DNA of 64,000 nucleotides from an uncultured Clostridium sp. (GTDB lineage Bacteria; Bacillota; Clostridia; TANB77; CAG-508): NCBI GenBank assembly GCA_948471055.1, contig CAOKQZ010000003.1, positions 64,373 to 128,372 of the forward strand, read 5' to 3'. Shown piece by piece: positions 22,101 to 30,800 of this stretch (position 1 is its first letter; each line of letters starts with the position of its first letter). The notes under the pieces were generated by a model. It saw only the letters and a program-made list of their open reading frames with translations, ran no database searches and was not told where the DNA came from. The position numbers and the translations under genes were made by a program.

Positions 22101-22910
22101 AAAATTGCAAAACCACGTGTATTCATTCCTATCTTCCCAGGCACCAACTGTGAATACGACCTAACCAAAGCCTTTGAAGACGCAGGAGCCGTAGTAAATA
22201 CAGCAGTATTTCGAAACCTAAAACCAGAAACCTTACTAGAATCCATTGGCGTATTCGAAAAAGAAATCAAAAATGCACAAATCATCATGTTACCAGGAGG
22301 ATTTAGTGCCGGAGACGAACCAGACGGTTCTGGAAAATTCATTTCTGCGGTACTAAGAAACCCAAAATTAACCGATGCTATCCATGCTCACCTAAACGAA
22401 CACGATGGACTAATCCTAGGAATTTGCAATGGTTTCCAAGCACTTATTAAACTAGGACTACTACCATATGGAAAAATCATCGACATGGACGACACCATGC
22501 CAACCCTAACCTTTAACGATATTGCAAGACATCAATCCAAAATGGTAAACACAAAAGTTGTATCCAAATTATCACCATGGTTTAACAAAGTAAACATAGG
22601 AGACGAATTTATTATACCAATCTCCCATGGAGAAGGAAAATTTGTAGCCTCCGAAGACGTCATGAAAGAACTAATCAAAAACGGACAAATCGCAACCCAA
22701 TACGTAGATTTAGAAGGAAACCCAACCTACGACATACGTTATAACCCAAACGGTTCCACCTATGCCGTAGAAGGAATTACCAGCCCAGACGGAAGAATCT
22801 TAGGAAAAATGGGACACTCCGAAAGAAGCTACCGAAGCGATATCCTAACCAATATACCAGGAAACAAAAATCAAAAACTATTCGAATCCGGTGTGGAATA
22901 CTATAAATAA
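19140..22910 (+). CDS. purL: Phosphoribosylformylglycinamidine synthase, large single-chain form with PurS-, PurL- and PurQ-like regions fused
   Basis: 1256 aa. [25 protein letters not shown], and a C-terminal glutaminase GICNGFQ...HGEG. Confidence 0.9.
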   Translation: [1256 protein letters not shown]

Positions 22911-22922
22911 AGGAGAAAATGT

Positions 22923-24357
22923 ATGGAAAATAATATATATAAAACCCCGTTATCAGGAAGATACGCAAGCAGTGAGATGAATTACATTTGGTCAAGCAAT
23001 AAAAAATACTCTACCTGGCGAAAACTATGGGTAGCACTTGCCAAAACGGAACAAGAATTAGGAATTGATATAACCGATGAACAAATTAAGGAAATGGAAG
23101 AAAACATCCAAAACATTGATTATGACGTAGTAGCCAAACGTGAGGCAGAATGTCGCCATGATGTAATGGCACACGTGTATGAATTTGGTACCAAATGCCC
23201 AAATGCAAAACCAATCATACACCTAGGAGCAACCTCTTGCTATGTAACCGATAATACCGATGTAATTTTAATGAGTGAAGCATTAGAACTAATCAAACAA
23301 AAACTAATCCTAGTTATCAAAAACCTAAGAAATTTCGCCTTCCAAAACCGAAACATAACCTGCCTTGGGTATACTCACTTTCAACCAGCACAACTAACCA
23401 CCGTAGGAAAAAGAGCAACCCTATGGTTACAAGACCTATTAGAAGATTTGGAAGAATTAGAATTTGTACAAAGCCATATGAAACTACTTGGTTGTAAAGG
23501 AACAACAGGAACTCAGGAAAGCTTTATGAAACTATTTAAAGACGAAGAAAAAGTAAACCAAATTGACCACAAAATCGCCGAAAAAATGGGATTTGATAAA
23601 GTATATGCCGTATCACGGACAAACCTACACAAGAAAACTAGATGCAAGAGTATTAAACATACTTTCTAGTATTGCAACAAGTGCCTCCAAATTTGCAAAC
23701 GATATGAGACTATTACAACATGAAAAAGAACTAGAAGAACCATTTGAAAAAAGCCAAATTGGTTCCTCAGCCATGGCATATAAAAGAAACCCAATGAGAA
23801 GCGAAAGAATCAACTCCCTTGCAAGACATGTTTTAGTACTTACTAGTGACCCAAGCTTCACCGCTGCCACTCAGTGGCTAGAAAGAACTCTAGACGATTC
23901 TGCAAATAAACGAATTTGTGTACCAGAAAGCTTTTTAGCAGTAGATGCCATCCTAATCCTATATGCCAACATCTCAGCCAATATCGTGGTATACCAAAAT
24001 GTCATCAAAACCAATATGATGCAAGAACTACCATTCATGGGAACCGAAGAAATCCTAATGAATGCTGTATTAAAAGGAGGAGACCGTCAAGAACTACACG
24101 AAAAAATTCGAGTTTACTCCATGGAAGCAGGAAAAGAAGTAAAAGAATTCGGAAGACCAAACGACCTAGTAGACCGAATTGCAAACGACCAAACCTTCGG
24201 ACTAACCAAAGAAGAAATCCTACACATCCTAAACCCAGACAACCTATGCGGAAGAGCACCAAAACAAGTAGAAGACTTCATTAAAAACCACGTAGACCCA
24301 ATTCTTACAAAATACCAAGAGTTAATAAAAGGAATAGAGGTAGAAGTAAAGGTATAG
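22923..24357 (+). CDS. purB: Adenylosuccinate lyase; needs a +1 shift at CGG 23616
   Basis: Fragments 22923-23669 and 23563-24357. Junction KVYAVS|GQTYTRKLDARVLNILSSIA. The lyase signature GSSAMAYKRNPMRSE lies downstream. Confidence 0.85.
23616..23619 (+). other. CGGN recoding site S8 (TCA CGG A)
   Basis: In-frame CGG. Restores the conserved GQTYxRK block. Confidence 0.8.
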
Positions 24358-24365
24358 TTCAAACC

Positions 24366-24389
24366 GTAGGGTAGCATATCATGCTACCC
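24366..24389 (+). repeat. GTAG-headed hairpin (REP-like), copy b
   Basis: GTAG GGTAGCAT atc ATGCTACCC, 9 nt after the purB stop. Confidence 0.55.
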
Positions 24390-24521
24390 TATTTGTAGTA
24401 TAACAAATATGTCGTTTAAATAATTAGTAAAAGATAGAAGACCAGAAAAGTCCAAAACCATTTACAAAACGAAAATAATGTGCCATAATAAGAGCATACG
24501 ATTTTAGGGGAGTGATAAAAT

Positions 24522-26363
24522 TTGAGAATATTAAAAGATTTCAAAGTACCCAATTTTAAATTTCCAAAATTAAAAATGGAGGGAATCTCAGAGATTGATG
24601 AAAAAACGGTAGAACAACCAGTAATTAAGAAAAAAATAAAATACGAAACCAAAAACTATAAGACCATTAAAGAGGTTTTTGATAAAGTAACTGTAGAATT
24701 TAAGGATAGACCATTTATCCTAGAAAAATTCGACCATAAAGAACCATTTACTGAAATTTCTTATGGACAATTTCGAAAGGATGTGATTGGACTAGGAACA
24801 GGGCTGATTAAGCTTTTAAACCTAAAAGAAAAGCGAGTCGTCATTATAGGAGAAAACACTTACCACTGGTATGTATCTTACATTGCCATGCTATGTGGTG
24901 TAGGAATTGCCGTTCCAGTGGACAAGGAGTTGCCAGCCAATGAAATTGAAAATGTCGTAAAACGTGCCAAAGCAAGTGCGGTTATTTATTCTACCAAGAA
25001 AAAAGAAGTCATCAAAAAAATAAAAGACAATTTACCTGAAGTAGAATATTTTATTGAAATGAATGAAAAGAGTGATATTCAAGGGCGAGACGTAGGAGCA
25101 AGCTACCTAATTGAACAAGGAAACCGAATGGTAGAATCTGGTGACCATACTCTTATGGATATTGAAATTGACCCAGAGGAATTTAAAGTATTAATCTTTA
25201 CCTCAGGGACAACCTCAAAAGCAAAAGGAGTTATGATTAACAACAAAAACTTAAGCCAAAATGTAAATGTAGTAGGGGCCTATGTGTACATAGGGGAACA
25301 AGACCGCTTCTTTTCGGTATTACCATTACACCATACCTATGAATCCAGTATCGGGTTTTTACTACCAATGTCCGTAGGTGCTTCAGTTGCGATTTGTGAA
25401 GGACTAAAATACATTGTACCAAACTTACAAGAAACCAAACCAAGCATTATGCTAACGGTTCCCTTATTAGTGGAAAACTTATATAAAAAAATAAATGCCA
25501 ACATTGTAAAAAGCAAAAAAGACAAACTAGTAAAATCCATGATACATCTAACCAATGCCCTAAAAGGAGTCAATATCGATGTAAAACGAAAAGTATTTAA
25601 AGAAATCTATGAAAACTTAGGGGGAAACCTTCGAATTATTGTATCAGCAGCAGCCCCAATCGATCCCAAAGTAGGAAAATGGGTACAAGACATAGGAATT
25701 AGTTTCTTACAAGGCTATGGGTTAACCGAAACTGCACCAATTGCAGCCCTAACACCAGAATTCGACCCAAGAGTAGGTTCTGCCGGAAAAGCCGTAACAT
25801 GTGCGAAGTTAAAAATCAATCATCCAAACGAAGCAGGAGAAGGAGAGGTATTCATTAAAAGCGAAACCTTAATGCTTGGTTATTATGAAGACGAACAAGC
25901 AACCAAGGAAGTCGTTCACGAAATTGATGGGGAAAGATGGTTTAATTCCGGAGATGTTGGGTATTTAGATGAAGATGGCTACCTATTTATTACCGGAAGA
26001 AGTAAAAATGTCATTGTAACCCAAAACGGAAAAAACATTTATCCAGAAGAAATTGAGCTATTACTTGGAAAAATAGAAGAAATTAAAGAATGTATGGTAT
26101 ATGGTAAGGAAGAAGAAGGCTCTAAGGAATTGTTACTATCGGTAAAAGTAATACCAAACTACGAAAAAATAGAAGAAAAACATGGAAAAGATTTAAAAGA
26201 AGAAGAAATCCACAAAATTATATGGGAAGAAATAAAAAAAGTAAACAAAAAATTAACTTCCTATAAAGCAATTAAAAATCTAGAAATCAAAAAAGACGAA
26301 TTTGAAAAAACAACAACCATGAAAATAAAACGTTTTGCGGAATTGCAAAAGGATAAAAAATAA
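24522..26363 (+). CDS. AMP-dependent long-chain acyl-CoA synthetase/ligase
   Basis: AMP-binding motif TSGTTSKAKGV, with GYGLTE and GDVGYLDEDGYLFITGRSK. A TTG start at 24522 follows an AGGGGAG RBS; ATG 24576 is an alternative. Confidence 0.85.
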   Translation: MRILKDFKVPNFKFPKLKMEGISEIDEKTVEQPVIKKKIKYETKNYKTIKEVFDKVTVEFKDRPFILEKFDHKEPFTEISYGQFRKDVIGLGTGLIKLLNLKEKRVVIIGENTYHWYVSYIAMLCGVGIAVPVDKELPANEIENVVKRAKASAVIYSTKKKEVIKKIKDNLPEVEYFIEMNEKSDIQGRDVGASYLIEQGNRMVESGDHTLMDIEIDPEEFKVLIFTSGTTSKAKGVMINNKNLSQNVNVVGAYVYIGEQDRFFSVLPLHHTYESSIGFLLPMSVGASVAICEGLKYIVPNLQETKPSIMLTVPLLVENLYKKINANIVKSKKDKLVKSMIHLTNALKGVNIDVKRKVFKEIYENLGGNLRIIVSAAAPIDPKVGKWVQDIGISFLQGYGLTETAPIAALTPEFDPRVGSAGKAVTCAKLKINHPNEAGEGEVFIKSETLMLGYYEDEQATKEVVHEIDGERWFNSGDVGYLDEDGYLFITGRSKNVIVTQNGKNIYPEEIELLLGKIEEIKECMVYGKEEEGSKELLLSVKVIPNYEKIEEKHGKDLKEEEIHKIIWEEIKKVNKKLTSYKAIKNLEIKKDEFEKTTTMKIKRFAELQKDKK

Positions 26364-26371
26364 AAAAATGA

Positions 26372-26410
26372 GGAGACCTACTCTAAACAGGTCTCCTCGT
26401 AGCTTTTTTA
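26372..26410 (+). terminator. Rho-independent terminator after the acyl-CoA ligase gene
   Basis: GAGGAGACCT...AGGTCTCCTC stem followed by gtagcTTTTTT. Confidence 0.7.
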
Positions 26411-26693
26411 TTAGGATTTAGAGGTGCTACAAAACCTCTCTTACACCATGAGCGTCAAGGCTGGACTACATCATGCCTGTAAGTTTACCCCGCAGTGTCC
26501 TCATCTGTACTGCTGCACTGATCCATGCACGCCAGTAGCGGATGTCATAAGATTGCCGATCATTCTTGCATTGGTAGCATTTAAAGGTTTGATTTTCAAT
26601 TTCATATTGAGAGTTATTTAGATAAATACATAGAGATTATAGCTTTGTTCTTTAATTATATTCATACAAATTCATACAATAATAAATTTTTAT

Positions 26694-26722
26694 TTGACTT
26701 TTCCTAAAAATCTGTGTATAAT
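26694..26722 (+). promoter_or_regulatory. Consensus promoter driving a short + strand RNA (candidate antitoxin RNA)
   Basis: TTGACT-17 nt-TATAAT. Preceded by the direct repeat ttcatacaaa ttcatacaat. Confidence 0.55.
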
Positions 26723-26728
26723 ATAGAT

Positions 26729-26810
26729 AGAAAATGAGAAACACAGAAATGTGTTGCCAAAAAGAAATGTTTAACCATTCTCTCCGTCAAAAGCAGAATG
26801 GTTATTTTTT
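26729..26810 (+). ncRNA. Candidate about 80-nt antisense RNA, convergent with the small toxin-like ORF
   Basis: Runs from the promoter above to the terminator hairpin AACCATTCT...AGAATGGTT plus T-run (26773-26810). It overlaps the stop codon and 3' region of the minus-strand ORF 26809-26926. Confidence 0.35.
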
Positions 26811-26926
26811 ATTGTTTATGTAGTAGCCAGCAAATGATGCCTAACAAAACAATATTTATGATAGTTACACCTACTAATCCATAGAAAAGTAGCCCGACTT
26901 ATTGCTAATAATGCTGATTCTATCAT
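26809..26926 (-). CDS. Type I toxin-like small hydrophobic peptide (39 aa if CGG 26896-26894 is read with the +1 rule)
   Basis: GGAGGTGGTG RBS, then ATG 26926: MIESALLAIS|GLLFYGLVGVTIINIVLLGIICWLLHKQ*. That is a single TM helix with a basic C-terminus. Without the shift the reading is a non-hydrophobic 37-aa peptide. Confidence 0.5.
26893..26896 (-). other. CGGN recoding site S13 (AGT CGG G)
   Basis: In-frame CGG, 10 codons after ATG 26926. The +1 frame yields a continuous TM peptide ending at TAA 26811-26809. Confidence 0.55.
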
Positions 26927-27143
26927 ATAGCACCACCTCCGTATAACAGTCTTACAACTAAAAGTCGTAGAGGATTATGTATAAACAAGTAGTCAAAGGT
27001 GGCAACACACTCCGCTTATTCTCATTTTCATAAATAACTATATAACATTTATTAGAAAAATACAAGCAAACAAAACAAAATTTTGCATATTTTAATATTC
27101 AAAAAAAGTAATAAATTTAATTTATAAAGTATGTTATAAAACA

Positions 27144-27170
27144 AAAAATACTCCCTTACAAAGAGAGTAT
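27144..27170 (-). terminator. Terminator of the tRNA-Gly/tRNA-Cys unit
   Basis: Minus sense ATACTCTCtttgtaaGGGAGTAT followed by TTTTTTG. Confidence 0.6.
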
Positions 27171-27239
27171 TTCTGCATTTTGTGCCTTTACAAGATACTT
27201 TGTGATATTCTGTGCAAGTGGCTTAAAATGCTAATTTTT

Positions 27240-27313
27240 TGGAGGCGCCTATCGGAGTCGGACCGATCATCAGAGTTTTGCAGACTCGTGCCTTACCGCT
27301 TGGCTAAGGCGCC
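27240..27313 (-). tRNA. tRNA-Cys (GCA), CCA encoded, non-canonical T-loop TCCGACT
   Basis: GGCGCCTTAGCCAAGCGGTAAGGCACGAGTCTGCAAAACTCTGATGATCGGTCCGACTCCGATAGGCGCCTCCA folds as a cloverleaf with anticodon loop CTGCAAA and an A13:A22 mismatch. Confidence 0.85.
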
Positions 27314-27387
27314 TGGAGCAGGTAACGAGAATCGGACTCGTGACTAAACCTTGGCAAGGTCTCGTTTTACCACTAAACTATACCTGC
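27314..27387 (-). tRNA. tRNA-Gly (GCC), CCA encoded, non-canonical T-loop TCCGATT
   Basis: GCAGGTATAGTTTAGTGGTAAAACGAGACCTTGCCAAGGTTTAGTCACGAGTCCGATTCTCGTTACCTGCTCCA with a 7-nt anticodon loop TTGCCAA. Its CCA abuts G1 of tRNA-Cys with no spacer. Confidence 0.85.
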
Positions 27388-27661
27388 ATAAAAATAAATA
27401 ATACACTTAGGAACTTCGCTTTGCTAGGGCGATGTTCTATTGTTTCAATGATTTGCTATATAGAAACTAAATATTATCATAGCAAAAATTCATGTAGAAG
27501 TCAAGATTTTTACGTTAAAACATTAAATTAATGGATGAATTTTTTAAGGGAAAGCTTCTGAATTGTCACTATGAAATAATATGCAAGAAAGTAAAAAAGT
27601 ATGACAAAATTTTAAAAGACTTACGCGGGTAAGAAAAATTGAAGAAATTCTACATAATTCG

Positions 27662-27690
27662 TTGCAAATATTACAAAAATGTTATATAAT
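27662..27690 (+). promoter_or_regulatory. Putative promoter upstream of the adhesin gene; its spacer carries a 20-nt palindrome
   Basis: TTGCAA-17 nt-TATAAT. The spacer contains ATATTACAaaaaTGTtATAT (27668-27687). A second candidate, TTGACG-17-TAAAAT, lies near 27797-27826. Confidence 0.45.
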
Positions 27691-27863
27691 TGTAACACTA
27701 AATTAGGTTTTAAAATGAGTTTTCGAAAAAGTAGCTTCCGTAAAGGGATTTTTTTATGAGAAAGTGAAAACGAAAAAAAATGGAAAAACCTACTATTGAC
27801 GAAAGAAAAATAGCAAAGTAAAATATATTATAGAGTAATTATGTTTAAAGGAAGGTAAGGATT

Positions 27864-30800
27864 ATGAAACTTAAAAAATTAATCGGATTATTTATGGCAA
27901 TGATGTTTATTGTAATGGCAACCTTAACCATAAATGTGAGCGAATCATATGCAGCAGCTGATAGCTATGTATTAGGCTTAACCAATGTAAGAGAGCCACA
28001 AAATGGAAAAGGCGGAGCAGCATATGGTTTTGGAGGATTAAAATCAAACGGAATGCCAACCAAAAAAATATGGAAAATTGTATCTTATCCAAGTGAAGGA
28101 AATTACACCATTTCCTATGCGAATGCATTTTACTGTTTAAAAGCAGAATATGGTTTCATGCTACAAGCAGATAATGCAGATGTAACGAGAGTGCAAAAAA
28201 CATATAATTTAAAATATGATATGAAATCACAAAAAGATACGGTATTAGCACGCTTACAAGCAATCGATGTATTCAAGACTGACCCGTCAGCCTATAATAA
28301 AGTAATGTGGCTATTAGATAACATGTATTTGCCAAAGAAAAGTACACAAGCTGACAAAATAGCATTATTCATCAATGCAGATATTATAGACAATGCAAAT
28401 GAGTTACAATATGCAAGCATTACCGATGATGATATTGAAGTAATTCAACAAATGGTAATTTGGTATTTTACAAACAATAATAACAGTAACTACAATGCAG
28501 AAACCTTACCAGAATTATTATTTAACAATTGGACCAATAATGATAGTGGATATAATACCTTCTCAGATTTATATGATACAGAGGATAGAGAGTCTGGAAG
28601 ATTTCGCCAAGAAGAATGTGAACTATTATATCATTACTTCTTAACAGAAGCCAAAAAACAAGGAAACTATGTATCAAAAGATGCGGTAACACCATTAACC
28701 TTTGATAAAGCAAGAGTACAAACCACACCAGACAATAACGGAAACTATATTGTAGGACCTTATCGAATTAATCGAAATTCTGACCTTGCTTATACAACAA
28801 CCACCTTAGGATTTTCTGGTGCAAGTTATACCTTATTAGATGCAAACAAAAATCCAGTAGCCAATAATCAAATTTCGTTAAACCAAGATTTTTATGTAAG
28901 AGTACCAGAAAGCGAAGCAGGAAAAACACTTAAATTTGATATGAATATAAGCTACCAAAGAACCTCAGCATATTATTACACAAAAGGTACCCCAAATACA
29001 TTACATACCGATGACCAACCAGTCGTATTAGTAGAAAAAGGACCACAAACCTATACGGCATCGGATAGCATCAAAATACCAACACCATTACCATTTGACT
29101 TAAGTTTAAGAAAATTTATTAGTGAAGTAGATGGAAAAGTACCAACCATAAGTCGTGAACCACAAGTAGATGTAACCGACCTAAAAGCAGGAAGAAAAAC
29201 AACAGCAACTTATAACCACACAAAAGCACCATTAGAAGTAAATGAAGGTTCTATTATTACCTACACCATACGAGTATATAATGAAGGAAAAAAGGACGGA
29301 TATGCAACAGAAATTACCGACCATTTACCACCAGAACTAGAATTCTTACCAAACGATAGTGTTAATAAATCCTATGGTTGGAGTTACGACCCAAGCGATA
29401 AAACGAATCGAACCATAAAAACGAGTTACCTATCGAAGGCAAATGGAGAAAAGAATCTAATTACTGCTTATGATGGAGGAGATACCCTACAATATAAAGA
29501 CTTAAAGGTAAGATGCAAATTAAAAGTAACGACCCAAGAAGGAAAACGAATAGTCAACATAGCTGATATTACTGCATTTACCGATAGGGACGGAAATACG
29601 ATAACGGACCGTGACTCACAAGCAAAAAATGTAAACCTACCAAACGATAATGCATTACCAGGATACAAACAAACCGAAATTAATAGAAAAGACCCATATA
29701 TTCCAGGACAACAAGACGATGATGACTTCGATAGTGTCTACATTAAAGTAAAACCATTTGACTTATCATTAAGAAAATTCATAAGTGCAGTCAATGGAGA
29801 AGCACCAAAAACAAGCCGTGAACCAATAGTAGATATAACAGGACTAAAAGCTGGAACCTCAACAACCGCTATTTATAACCATCCAAAAGCACCACTATCG
29901 GTAGAAATTGGAGACATTGTTACCTACACCATACGAGTATACAATGAAGGACAAAAAGACGGATATGTAAACGAAATAACAGACCACCTACCAGCACAGT
30001 TAGAATTCTTACCAGAGGATGAAGAAAATATTGCGAATGGCTGGTACTATGATGAAAGCGATACCACTTTAAGAACCATAAAAACCGCACATTTATCAAA
30101 AACAGTAGATAGCGATAACATCATAAAAGCCTTTAACGGAACCCAATTAGACTATAAAGAAGTAAAAGTAAAATGCAAAGTCATTGCACCACCAACCTTT
30201 GAAAAAAGAATTGTAAACATTGCCGATATTACGAAATTTAGTGATAAATACGGAAACCCAGTTACCGACCGTGACTCACAGGGAGCCAATGTGCAATTAC
30301 CACCAGATGAAACCCTACCAAACTACAAACTAGATGAAATTAACAGAGGGGACAAATACATCCCAGGACAACAAGATGATGATGACTTTGATAGTGTAAG
30401 AATTATCTACTTTGACCTAAGTTTAAGAAAATTCATCACCGCAGTCAATGGAAAAGTGCCAGAGGTAAGTAGAGAGCCAGTAGTAGACATTACCGGATTA
30501 CAAAACAAAACCACAACAACAGCTACCTACAATCATCCAAAAGCACCACTTACCGTAAGAGTAGGAGACATTGTTACCTATACCATAAGAGTATATAACG
30601 AAGGACCAAAAGACGGGTATGCATCCGAAATTACAGACCACTTACCAGCACATTTAGAATTCTTACCAGAGGACGAAGAAAATAAGGCGAAAGGATGGGT
30701 ATATGACGAAACCGATAAAACTCATAGAACCATCAAAACCGATTACCTATCCAAAGAAAAAAGCGAAAAGAACCTAATAAAAGCTTTTGACGGAAATACC

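Noticed and set aside
26424-26621. Plus-strand 65-aa ORF rich in Cys/Pro
   Set aside because: It has no RBS, its composition is driven by local GC richness, and it has no recognisable family. It is more likely non-coding relic DNA.
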